This document shows, piece after piece, positions 9,547 through 17,804 of a stretch of 64,000 nt of DNA. The notes under the pieces were generated by a model. It made no database searches. It saw only the letters and a program-made list of their open reading frames with translations, and was not told where the DNA came from. Positions within the stretch are counted from its first letter, which is position 1. Every line of letters starts with the position of its first letter. The stretch is from contig JBPCIX010000057.1 in assembly GCA_051005875.1 (NCBI GenBank), forward strand, positions 5,269 to 69,268, read 5' to 3'. The DNA comes from Actinomycetota bacterium. GTDB lineage: Bacteria; Actinomycetota; CADDZG01; JAHWKV01. The position numbers and the translations under genes are program-made.

Positions 9547-10575
9547 TCACGGGATCAGCGCCGATCCGGCCAAACCGGCGCTTTCATCGAAGCCAAACAT
9601 CAGGTTCGCGTTTTGGATTGCTTGGCCGGCGGCGCCTTTTCCCAAATTATCGATGGCCGCGAACGCCAGAACCTTGCCCGTCCGCTCATCTTTTCGTACA
9701 CTCGTTTCTGCGAAGTTGGTCCCGGTCAGCTGCTTTGTTTCCGGCAGTACGTTTGGATCGAGGGCCCTTACGAAAGCTTCTTTCTCGTAACGAGCCTTTA
9801 TGGCGTCGGTAAGTGCCTGCGTGTTTTCGCCGTTCGATGCCTGGGCGACGGCGCTGACGAGAATGCCTCTGGTCATCGGAACGAGATGCGGTATAAACGT
9901 AATCAATACGGGGGCGCCGGCAAGGAGGCCGAGCTCTTGCTCGATTTCTGGAATGTGATTGTGACCGGTCGGCGAATAGGCCCGGAGGTTCTCGTTAGCC
10001 GAGGCAAAATCAAAACCCTGGCCGGAGGCCCGGCCCGCCCCCGACACACCCGAGGCTGCTTGAATATGGATTCCCTCGGGCTCGATCAGGCCCGCTTCGA
10101 GCAAAGGGCCCAGAGCCAAGATGGCGGCCGCCGCATAGCACCCAGGATTAGCGATCCGACTAGCACTTTCTATTTCGTTTCGATGAAACTCGGTCAAACC
10201 GTAGACCCAATTTTGAAGGGCCGTGGGTTGGGAATGGGGGCTGCCGTGCCAATCTGCAAAATTGGCCGGCTCATTCAGGCGGAAGTCGCCTGCCAGATCG
10301 ATCACCCGCCCAGAGTGTTCCGCCGGCAAGCGAGAGCTCTCGCCTTGCGGCAAGGAGACAAATACAAGGTCGGCCTCGGCGGTCCAGGCTTGATCAAGGG
10401 TCGCGAACGACTCGTCAGGGCAGGAGTTAAGCCCTGGGAAGACGCTCGACACCGGCTTACCCGCCTGGCTAGACGCCCCCGCAGCGACTACTTTGATCTC
10501 GGGATGAGCGACGAGCAAACGCAAGAGTTCGCCGCCGGCAAACCCGGAAGCCCCAACAATCGACGCCCTAATCAC
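9547..10575 (-). CDS. argC: N-acetyl-gamma-glutamyl-phosphate reductase
   Basis: 342 aa with the N-terminal Rossmann motif IVGASGFAGGEL and the catalytic Cys context IANPGCYA. It uses a GTG start. Confidence 0.92.
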   Translation of the reverse strand: MIRASIVGASGFAGGELLRLLVAHPEIKVVAAGASSQAGKPVSSVFPGLNSCPDESFATLDQAWTAEADLVFVSLPQGESSRLPAEHSGRVIDLAGDFRLNEPANFADWHGSPHSQPTALQNWVYGLTEFHRNEIESASRIANPGCYAAAAILALGPLLEAGLIEPEGIHIQAASGVSGAGRASGQGFDFASANENLRAYSPTGHNHIPEIEQELGLLAGAPVLITFIPHLVPMTRGILVSAVAQASNGENTQALTDAIKARYEKEAFVRALDPNVLPETKQLTGTNFAETSVRKDERTGKVLAFAAIDNLGKGAAGQAIQNANLMFGFDESAGLAGSALIP

Positions 10576-10580
10576 GCTAA

Positions 10581-10640
10581 TTCTCTTGGAATATCATTCG
10601 TATATTCATACAACAAACTGCATAAGGATGCAACTTGACC
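10581..10640 (-). promoter_or_regulatory. Candidate argC promoter with ARG-box-like operator
   Basis: Read in the argC sense, the sequence is TTGCAT (10633-10628), 17 nt, then TATGAA (10610-10605). A perfect inverted repeat TGCAT-CCTT-ATGCA (10619-10632) overlaps the -35 element. An AT-rich TGAATATACGAATGATATTCC (10587-10608) overlaps the -10 element. The 5-N4-5 geometry matches the ArgR operator type TGAAT-N4-ATTCA / TGCAT-N4-ATGCA. Confidence 0.45.
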
Positions 10641-10659
10641 ACCTGGGACGATGGCTAAG

Positions 10660-10689
10660 CCCGTGTGACTCGGCCCCGTGTGACTCGGC
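10660..10689. repeat. Perfect 15-nt tandem duplication CCCGTGTGACTCGGC x2 in the pheT-argC spacer
   Basis: Positions 10660-10674 and 10675-10689 are identical when read directly. Confidence 0.9.
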
Positions 10690-10722
10690 ATGGCGGAAGC
10701 CTCAGGCTTGCAGGCTACTTCG

Positions 10723-13092
10723 TCAACGAACCCGCCCCCCGTGGTCCTTGGCGATGGCGGCCGCCATCGCGTCGCGGGATAGGATCGCTTCCGACTCGGC
10801 CAGGGTCCTGTCAGCCCGCCGGAATACCATTGAAAACGCAAGGCTCTTTCGGCCCTCTCCAGCCTGTTCGCCACGGTACACATCGATTAAGCGGATGCTT
10901 TCAAGCTCGGGCCCTCCCGCGGCCCGCGCGGTTTTCAGCACATCAGCGGCGTTAACCTCTTCTAAGACAGACACCGCCAGATCCAAAAAGACCGCCGGGA
11001 ACCTGGATTGGCGCCCCGCGGACGGAGTTTCAACTTGTGCCATTGCCAAAAGAGTCCCCAGGTCAAGCTCGGCCAGATAAATGGGATAGGGCATGTCAAA
11101 CCGGCTGCTTGCCTCCGGCCCCAACTGACCCAAAGCGCCTAAGATCTCTCCCCCGGCTGCAACTTGAGCCGTTCTTGCGGGATGAAGGGGCGGCTGTTCC
11201 GCCGACTCGAAAGTAGGGTCTGCTATCCCCAGAGCATCCAGAACCGTCTCGACGGCGCCTTTCAGGTCGTAAAAATCCAAAGCTCGCGAACCGGAGTGCC
11301 ATTGCTGCGGAGATTCGCCGCCCATTGCGATGCCCAGCCTCAAGGGCTCCTGGGCCCTGCCGCCCAAACTAAAAACACTACCGACTTCAAAAAGCCTGAC
11401 CTCGAGGTTTCTCCTCGAGAAATTTCCGGCGACCGATCTAACGAGTCCTGGCAAAATCGATGGCCTAAGGATCGATTCATCGACAGTCAGGGCATTGGAA
11501 AGTCGAAAAACGCCGCCCTCCATGCCCAACTTTTCAAGCTCCAACGGGGAGCAGAAAATCGATGTTTTCGCCTCGAACAACCCGGAACCGGCCAGCGCAG
11601 ACTTCGCTCTTCGAATCAAGGACTCCCCGGCGGGAAGAGCGCCGGCTCGGCGTCCCGCCGGCAGAGTAGAGGGAATCCGATCAAATCCGGTTGCACGGGC
11701 TACTTCTTCAATGAGATCTTCTTCTGCGATCAGATCGGCCCTTCGAGTTGGGACAGTCACCAAGATCCGATCCTCGGCTGTTTTCGCGTCCAGGCCTAGC
11801 CGCTCCAGGGCGATTGTCATCTCAGATGGTTCAAGGGCGGTGCCCAACAGCAAGTTAGCCCTTGCCGGCCGCATTCCGATGGTGCGAGGTTCAATGGGAT
11901 TGGGATAGAAGTCGGTGGCCCCTTCCAGCCGTCCGCCGGACCATTCAAGCATGAGCGAGGCCGCCAAATTCGCAGCAAACTCGACATTGTTGGGATCGGT
12001 TCCCCTTTCGAATCGAGCCGATGCCTCGGTTCGAAGACCGTGGCGCTTCGACGAGCGAAATATGGCTGCCGGATCAAAATAGGCTGACTCCAGAGCCACT
12101 CGCCGGGTCTCGCCGGTTACCTCGCTTCCAAGGCCGCCCATAACGCCCGCAAGAGCGACGGGGGCCGAAGCGTCCGCAATCACCAGATCATCGGGGTCGA
12201 GAGTACGATCCTCGCCGTCGATAGTCTTTATCTTTTCGCCGGGCGAGGCTCTGCGAACTATTATGGTTTGCTCCGCCAGGCGGTCCAGATCGAATGCATG
12301 CATCGGGTGGCCGGTGATCAGCAAGGCGTAGTTGGTCGCGTCAACAAGGTTTGAGATTGGCCTCACACCGGCGAGCGCCAATCGCCTTTGAACAATCTCG
12401 GGCGAAGGGCCGGCTTTGACGTCGACGATTACTGTGGCCAGGTAACGCGGGCAGCCCGCGGGGTCTTTCACCACAACGCCCCGGAGTCCCCCGGTCTCGC
12501 CTTCAATGGTCGGGGGCTTCAGGCTGAAGGGGATCAACTTGGCGCCGGTGCAAGCCGCCACTTCCCGGGCTATGCCTATGAGACCCATGGCGTCGGGGCG
12601 GTTCGGAGTTATTTCGAGATCCAAGACCACCTCGCTCATCCCGAGGACGTCTTTGACGTCGCTTCCAACGGGAACCTCTGGTTCCAGAACGAGGATGCCT
12701 GAACCATCATCGCCGGCGCCCAACTCGGTGGCCGAGCACAACATCCCCTCTGAAGCAACACCACGAATCCTTCTTGCTTCGAGCAGACCCATCTCCGGCA
12801 GCCTCGAGCCAGGAACAGCCACCGGAACTTTGTCGCCTACGGCGAAGTTCTTAGCACCGCACACAATCCGCAGCCGTCGGTCGACCGTTTCGATTTCGAC
12901 CAGAGCAAGCCGGTCGGCGTTTGGATGAGGGTCGATCTTGAGTACCTGACCCACTACGACGCCCTGCAGATCTTCGCCCATGCGGATGACTTTTTCGACC
13001 TTCATCCCGGCCGCCGTCAGCATCTCGGCTGTAGCCTCGGGAGTTTCGGTCAGTTCGACATATTCACCCAGCCAGGAAAACGGAACCCGCAC
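10723..13092 (-). CDS. pheT: Phenylalanine--tRNA ligase beta subunit
   Basis: 789 aa with the N-terminal tRNA-binding domain MRVPFSWLGEYV. B3/4 and B5 regions are present and the gene follows pheS. Confidence 0.93.
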   Translation of the reverse strand: MRVPFSWLGEYVELTETPEATAEMLTAAGMKVEKVIRMGEDLQGVVVGQVLKIDPHPNADRLALVEIETVDRRLRIVCGAKNFAVGDKVPVAVPGSRLPEMGLLEARRIRGVASEGMLCSATELGAGDDGSGILVLEPEVPVGSDVKDVLGMSEVVLDLEITPNRPDAMGLIGIAREVAACTGAKLIPFSLKPPTIEGETGGLRGVVVKDPAGCPRYLATVIVDVKAGPSPEIVQRRLALAGVRPISNLVDATNYALLITGHPMHAFDLDRLAEQTIIVRRASPGEKIKTIDGEDRTLDPDDLVIADASAPVALAGVMGGLGSEVTGETRRVALESAYFDPAAIFRSSKRHGLRTEASARFERGTDPNNVEFAANLAASLMLEWSGGRLEGATDFYPNPIEPRTIGMRPARANLLLGTALEPSEMTIALERLGLDAKTAEDRILVTVPTRRADLIAEEDLIEEVARATGFDRIPSTLPAGRRAGALPAGESLIRRAKSALAGSGLFEAKTSIFCSPLELEKLGMEGGVFRLSNALTVDESILRPSILPGLVRSVAGNFSRRNLEVRLFEVGSVFSLGGRAQEPLRLGIAMGGESPQQWHSGSRALDFYDLKGAVETVLDALGIADPTFESAEQPPLHPARTAQVAAGGEILGALGQLGPEASSRFDMPYPIYLAELDLGTLLAMAQVETPSAGRQSRFPAVFLDLAVSVLEEVNAADVLKTARAAGGPELESIRLIDVYRGEQAGEGRKSLAFSMVFRRADRTLAESEAILSRDAMAAAIAKDHGGRVR

Positions 13093-13119
13093 TACGAGAC
13101 CCGCACTAAGAGACCCGCA

Positions 13120-14175
13120 CTACGAGCTGCCACTCAAGAAGCGAAGATCGTTTTCATAGAAAGAACGAAGGTCATTTGTCGAATACATCAGTTTTGCGAT
13201 TCGCTCGATCCCCATGCCAAACGCGAAGCCGGTTATCCAGGGGTCGTAGCCCACGGCGCGAAACACATTTGGGTGCACCATGCCCGCTCCCATGATCTCG
13301 ATCCACCCCTCACTTCTGCAGGTGGGGCAGCCAGAGCCATCGCAGGCAAAGCAAGAAACATAGACCTCCGCCGAGGGCTCGGTAAAGGGAAAGTAGCTGG
13401 GATGCATTCGGACCCTGAGTCCGGGGCCGAACATCGCTTTGGCAAACACTTCGAGCGTACCCTTTAGGTCCGCGAACGAAATTCCTTCGTCCACCGCCAG
13501 ACCTTCAATCTGAGTGAATACCGAAAGATGATTAGCGTCGATTTCGTCGCGCCTGCAACACACGCCCGGCACCACGGCATACAAAGGAGGAGGCGTTGAT
13601 TCCATCAGTCTGACCTGCATTGGCGAGGTGTGAGTCCTGAGCAGCAGGGCCTCAGGGTTATCAAGATCGGTCGGTTCAAGGTAGAACGTATCGTGCATTG
13701 AGCGCGCCGCATGATCCTGCGGGAAGTTGAGTGCTTCGAAATTATAGTGATCGGTCTCGATGACGGGTCCCTCGGCTACATTGAAACCGAGGCCGACGAA
13801 GGTGTCGATAATCCGGTCGAGAACCTGGGTCAAGGGATGGCGCCTCCCCAATTGAGTCCGCCTGCCGGGCAGAGTAACGTCTAGCCGGTCGGATGCCAGC
13901 CTAAACTCTGACTCTGTCGAGGCGAGAGCCTTCAACTTGGCCTCGAGCGCCGATTCGAGGGCCAAACGAATCTCGTTCGAAACTTGGCCAACCCTTCGGC
14001 GGTCCTCCGAGGGAAATTCTCGGAGGCCCCGGCCGATTTCAGCAAACGGGCTCTTCCGCCCCAGAAGGGCGGCCTCGAGACCCTGTAATTGCTCGGTCGT
14101 CTCGGCCCGATCAATCGCCGTCAGGCCATCCTTTTTGATGGAATCAAGCGTTACGAGTGCTGAGTCGGCCGTCAT
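13120..14175 (-). CDS. pheS: Phenylalanine--tRNA ligase alpha subunit
   Basis: The class II core includes FPFTEPSAEVYV and GWIEIMGAGMVHPNV. The ATG at 14175 forms an ATGA overlap with the upstream kinase stop. The ORF track start at 14232 would lie inside the kinase gene. Confidence 0.92.
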   Translation of the reverse strand: MTADSALVTLDSIKKDGLTAIDRAETTEQLQGLEAALLGRKSPFAEIGRGLREFPSEDRRRVGQVSNEIRLALESALEAKLKALASTESEFRLASDRLDVTLPGRRTQLGRRHPLTQVLDRIIDTFVGLGFNVAEGPVIETDHYNFEALNFPQDHAARSMHDTFYLEPTDLDNPEALLLRTHTSPMQVRLMESTPPPLYAVVPGVCCRRDEIDANHLSVFTQIEGLAVDEGISFADLKGTLEVFAKAMFGPGLRVRMHPSYFPFTEPSAEVYVSCFACDGSGCPTCRSEGWIEIMGAGMVHPNVFRAVGYDPWITGFAFGMGIERIAKLMYSTNDLRSFYENDLRFLSGSS

Positions 14176-15269
14176 TGCCGTGGCAGTGTAAACGCAAACA
14201 ACGCCCCGCCCCCACTGGTTTCTTCGATCCATATCTTACCGCCGTGAGCCTCGACCAATCCCTTGCTTATGTATAGTCCCAATCCGGTCCCGGGAGGGGG
14301 GGCTGCTCCCCCGGGCTCGGAGGAGCCCCTGCGAAAGAATTTCAGGAACACGCTTTGCCGATCTTCCTGGGGGATACCCTCGCCTTCATCTGCCACGCCG
14401 ATCGTGATGCCGGATGGACTGCTGGACCCAGAAACAATCACTGTCCCGCCTTCTGTGTATTTGATTGCATTCTCGACTAGGTTGGTTATGACCTGTTCAA
14501 CTTTGTCCGGATCACCACTCACGTCTGGCAGGTCCTTGACGAAATCAATCTCCAGTACATGGTTGGGTGCAGTGGGCCTCAAGCGGTCCACAACCCTGGA
14601 CGCTATTGACGCCACCGTGATTGGGCGCTTGTTGAGTTGCAGGCGTCCTTCGTCTAGACGACTAACATCCAGCAACTCCACTACGAGACGGGTCACCCGG
14701 TCGGCATCTGCCTCGATGGTCAACAGAATTTGCTTTCGTCTTTGCTCTTCAAACCGATCCCATCTTCGGACGAGAGTTGATGCAAACCCCTTGATCGAAG
14801 TTAGGGGCGACCGAATCTCGTGGGCAACCGACGAAATCACCTCAGATTTTTCGAGGTCCACTCGCTTCTTGCGCCAGATATCCCTCAGGACGACAATGGT
14901 GCCGCCGGGTTGGGTCGCAGAACCCTGCTCTTTGGCGTAAATAGCGCCGACCCAGACCTCGTCTAGATCCTTGGTTTTGACAATTAGCTCCTGCTCCAAA
15001 GGGCCGTGAATTCCGGGGGATTGATCGGATTCTTCGCCGACACCTTCGGTTGAACCATCACTGGTCGCGACGGGCTCGGAAATCCTGGCGTCTTCACCCC
15101 CTGGCGAGCGCGGCCTCAATAGTCCTTGTAAATCTTGCCCCTCCGCCTCACCGGCCTTCCAACCGAATAGTTGTTCGGCGGCGCCAAGCCACGCCGTCAC
15201 GCGCCCGGCGTTATCGAAGACAATGATCGCGTCCGGCAAACTGCGGACCACGGATACAAGATCGGTCAC
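14172..15269 (-). CDS. Cytoplasmic sensor histidine kinase (PAS-like N-terminus, DHp, HATPase_c) with no transmembrane segment
   Basis: H-box SSVAHEIRSPLTSIKGF, N-box NLVENAIKYT, G1 DEGEGI and G2 GTGLGLYIS are present. The N-terminus LPDAIIVFDNAGRVTAWLGAAEQLFGW is PAS-like. No response regulator gene occurs anywhere in the window. Confidence 0.85.
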   Translation of the reverse strand: MTDLVSVVRSLPDAIIVFDNAGRVTAWLGAAEQLFGWKAGEAEGQDLQGLLRPRSPGGEDARISEPVATSDGSTEGVGEESDQSPGIHGPLEQELIVKTKDLDEVWVGAIYAKEQGSATQPGGTIVVLRDIWRKKRVDLEKSEVISSVAHEIRSPLTSIKGFASTLVRRWDRFEEQRRKQILLTIEADADRVTRLVVELLDVSRLDEGRLQLNKRPITVASIASRVVDRLRPTAPNHVLEIDFVKDLPDVSGDPDKVEQVITNLVENAIKYTEGGTVIVSGSSSPSGITIGVADEGEGIPQEDRQSVFLKFFRRGSSEPGGAAPPPGTGLGLYISKGLVEAHGGKIWIEETSGGGALFAFTLPRQ

Positions 15270-16093
15270 ACCATCTCCCGTTGCCTGGCGGCCTCAAACA
15301 GAACAACTGCAGCAGCAATGCTGACATTTAATGATTCAGTAAGACCGGCCATCGGGATTCGAGTTCGCTTATCGACAAGACCGGCGACATTATCGGCCAG
15401 GCCCCATGCTTCGTTTCCAAAAACAAAAGCGGTTGGGCCGGCAAGAGAAAGCTGGTGATAGACAGTTTCACCCCGGGGGTCGGTAGCTATTCGTTGAAAT
15501 CCGCTTTTCCCTAACTGCGTCAGCAGCCACGACGCGTCAGCGTCGCGGGCCACCCGGACGGCAAACAAGGCGCCCGCGCTCGCCCGCACAAACTTCGGAT
15601 TGTAAATATCCACCGATCCTGCCGCGACAAAAAGGGCGTCCACTCCGGCGGCTCGACAGGTTCGAAGGATCGTCCCAGCATTGCCTGGATCGCGCACTTT
15701 TGCCAAGACGCTCACCAGGCCCGATGCTTCAGACAGAAGTTTCGCCGGCTCTACGTCAACGAAATCAGCCAGCGCCACAACGCCCGGTGATGTAACCGTG
15801 CCAGAGATTGCTCCCATAACCGGTCGAGTTACCTCGAACACCTCCACAGAGGAAAGGCCTGCTTCGTTGAGCGCCTCCACCGCCCGCCCATCCAAGCCTT
15901 CTTGAACAAAAACTGGACCGACTGTCGCGCCCGAACTCAGCGCTTCGACGACACCCCGTACCCCTTCGACCAGAAACTTTTGATGTTCATTTCGAAAAGA
16001 CCGCTTGTGTAGCTTGCGAGCCTTTTGAACCTGGGGGTTTTGCAGGCTGGTTATCAAGGGAGGCTCTACAGGGAACAGCCCTGCTGCCAACAC
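15266..16093 (-). CDS. TrmH/SpoU family RNA 2'-O-methyltransferase
   Basis: The C-terminal SPOUT knot IPMAGLTESLNVSIAAAVVLFE is present. I prefer the GTG at 16093, 1 nt after the rplT stop, which gives 275 aa. Its stop overlaps the kinase GTG as GTGA. Confidence 0.85.
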   Translation of the reverse strand: MLAAGLFPVEPPLITSLQNPQVQKARKLHKRSFRNEHQKFLVEGVRGVVEALSSGATVGPVFVQEGLDGRAVEALNEAGLSSVEVFEVTRPVMGAISGTVTSPGVVALADFVDVEPAKLLSEASGLVSVLAKVRDPGNAGTILRTCRAAGVDALFVAAGSVDIYNPKFVRASAGALFAVRVARDADASWLLTQLGKSGFQRIATDPRGETVYHQLSLAGPTAFVFGNEAWGLADNVAGLVDKRTRIPMAGLTESLNVSIAAAVVLFEAARQREMV

Positions 16094-16094
16094 A

Positions 16095-16478
16095 CTACGC
16101 CGCGGCGGAGCTGCCCTGGCTGCTGTCGTTAGAATGCTGGGCGAGCTCGACCAAGGCCTTAAACGAGGCGGGATCGTTGACGGCAAGCTCAGCAAGCATC
16201 TTGCGATCCACTTCGACTTCCGCCGCACTTAAACCCTGAATAAGGCGGCTATAGGAAATTCCGTTTGCCCGCGCTGCCGCATTGATTCGGGCAATCCACA
16301 GCCTGCGGAACTGACCTTTGCGATCGCGCCGGTCCCGATAGGCATAGGTCATCGAGTGCAGCAACTGCTCTTTGGCTGTGCGGAAATGCCGGCTTCTAGA
16401 GCCGCGGTATCCGGCGGCTGCATCAAGCACCTTTTTGTGCCGGCGATGCTTTGTAACTCCCCTAGAAACTCGAGCCAT
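16095..16478 (-). CDS. rplT: 50S ribosomal protein L20
   Basis: [26 protein letters not shown]... is a typical L20. Confidence 0.97.
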   Translation of the reverse strand: MARVSRGVTKHRRHKKVLDAAAGYRGSRSRHFRTAKEQLLHSMTYAYRDRRDRKGQFRRLWIARINAAARANGISYSRLIQGLSAAEVEVDRKMLAELAVNDPASFKALVELAQHSNDSSQGSSAAA

Positions 16479-16480
16479 TG

Positions 16481-16678
16481 TTATTTACCTCCAAGCATTT
16501 TTTTGATCCTCGGAGCGTCCGCTTTATGAACAAGCGCATCACGCTGAAGACGCCTGCGAAGTGTGCCCGGCTTGTGCTCGAGGTAGTGCGCGATATGGCC
16601 TTGCACGCGAACCAGCTTCCCGGTCCCGGTCCGTCGAAACCGCTTAGCGGCGCCGCGGTGTGTCTTCATTTTTGGCAT
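16481..16678 (-). CDS. rpmI: 50S ribosomal protein L35
   Basis: [24 protein letters not shown] is a typical L35. Confidence 0.97.
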   Translation of the reverse strand: MPKMKTHRGAAKRFRRTGTGKLVRVQGHIAHYLEHKPGTLRRRLQRDALVHKADAPRIKKMLGGK

Positions 16679-16681
16679 GTC

Positions 16682-17323
16682 TTATGCTCCTTTGGCTTCC
16701 ACGACGTCCGCATCGGCCAAACTGGCTTCGGCGGGCGGTTCAACTTCCTCTTCCGACCGCAGCGCTACGGGCTTGTCACCAGCGTGCTTTTCCGGCACAA
16801 TCTTTCGTTCGGGCCGCTTGAGCGGCGAAAGAACCATGGTCATGTTCTTGCCGTCAAGCTTAGGCATTGTCTCCACTGTAGCAATTTCCGAGACCTCCTC
16901 GGAAAGATTCCGAAGAAGCTTCGCTCCTAAGTCGGTGTGCTGCATCTCGCGGCCCCTGAACCACACGGTGATCTTTACTTTTGACCCCTGGTTCAAAAAA
17001 CGTTCGATGTGGTGCTTTTTGGTGTCATAGTCATGTGAGGAAATTTTCGGCTTGAACTTCATTTCCTTCACGATTACTTGCTGCTGGCGCTTCCTGGCTT
17101 CTTTGGCCTTGACGTCTTGTTCGTACTTGAACTTGCTGTAGTCCATGATCTTGCAAACCGGGGGCTGCGCCTGCGGGGCAACCTCGACAAGATCAAAGTT
17201 CATGGCTTGAGCTTTATCAAGCGCTTTGGCAGTCTCCAGAACACCCAACTGTTCGCCGCCTGGGCCGACCACTCGTACCTCGGGGACCCGAATTCGATCA
17301 TTCAAGCGCGGTTCAACAGCTAT
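16682..17323 (-). CDS. infC: Translation initiation factor IF-3, probably starting at a non-canonical ATA
   Basis: NDRIRVPEVRVVGPGGEQLGVL is the IF-3 N-domain. In frame upstream of the TTG at 17305 there is an ATA (17323-17321) 9 nt after GGAG, and a TGA stop lies 2 codons further upstream. Confidence 0.9.
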   Translation of the reverse strand: MAVEPRLNDRIRVPEVRVVGPGGEQLGVLETAKALDKAQAMNFDLVEVAPQAQPPVCKIMDYSKFKYEQDVKAKEARKRQQQVIVKEMKFKPKISSHDYDTKKHHIERFLNQGSKVKITVWFRGREMQHTDLGAKLLRNLSEEVSEIATVETMPKLDGKNMTMVLSPLKRPERKIVPEKHAGDKPVALRSEEEVEPPAEASLADADVVEAKGA

Positions 17324-17407
17324 CCGGCATCACTCCAATTGCGCTTCTCATAAACCTCCGCGGTCGGTCAAGTTAAATACAGTGTACGGGCGTCGTGCCG
17401 AGAAGTC

Positions 17408-17608
17408 TTAAACCAACTTAACGTCGGTCGCCTGCTTTCCTTTTTGGCCTTCTGTGACCTCGAATTCCACGGCCTGGCCTTCGGCCAAACTCTTATACCC
17501 ATCCCCGGTAATCGCGGAGAAGTGAACGAAGACGTCTTCGCCGTCAGAACCGGCTATGAATCCATAACCCTTTTCGTTGCTGAACCATTTAACTGTGCCT
17601 TGTGCCAC
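17408..17608 (-). CDS. cspA: Cold-shock protein (CspA family)
   Basis: (M)[17 protein letters not shown] and DVFVHFS are the RNP1 and RNP2 motifs. The GTG at 17608 gives the canonical 66-aa protein. Confidence 0.93.
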   Translation of the reverse strand: MAQGTVKWFSNEKGYGFIAGSDGEDVFVHFSAITGDGYKSLAEGQAVEFEVTEGQKGKQATDVKLV

Positions 17609-17760
17609 ATCACTGCCTTTCACTATTCCCGGCCGAGCTTGCCTGCGCGTGCCTGGGCTTTACGACTGCCTAATCCTACTTTCTTAGATCGCATCCAGCG
17701 GACTAAGTCGTAGCATCAGAAATTAGCATCTAAAACGAAGAAGGACAATAGGCAAGTCGC
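17609..17760 (-). promoter_or_regulatory. Long untranslated leader and promoter region of the csp gene
   Basis: There are about 180 nt of non-coding sequence between the hisG stop and the csp start. Long structured 5' UTRs are typical of cspA-type genes. I could not place exact promoter boxes with confidence. Confidence 0.3.
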
Positions 17761-17804
17761 TATTTTTTGGGGGTAATCAACTGGGGTGGGGGTTGAGCCA
17801 GGTC

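Noticed and set aside
9613-10638. A 341-aa ORF on the plus strand antisense to argC. Similar long antisense ORFs occur at 4594..5352, 12925..13467, 14263..14940, 8374..9057, 38116..38661 and 52787..53320.
   Set aside because: Each lies fully inside a confidently identified conserved gene on the other strand. Their translations are Arg/Pro/Ser/Gly-rich low-complexity sequence with no recognisable motif. Long stop-free antisense frames are expected in GC-rich DNA.
10576-10722. tRNA or small structured RNA genes in the larger spacers (10576-10722, 17624-17804, 19526-19644, 49650-49792)
   Set aside because: I found no cloverleaf-compatible acceptor or T-arm (GTTCRANYC) pattern in any of them. 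Promoter or operator elements, the csp leader, or convergent gene ends account for them.
16094-16228. A long N-terminal extension of the TrmH-family methyltransferase overlapping rplT
   Set aside because: The extension is Arg/Pro/Ser-rich and overlaps the conserved L20 C-terminus in another frame. A GTG 1 nt after the rplT stop gives a normal-length SpoU protein.
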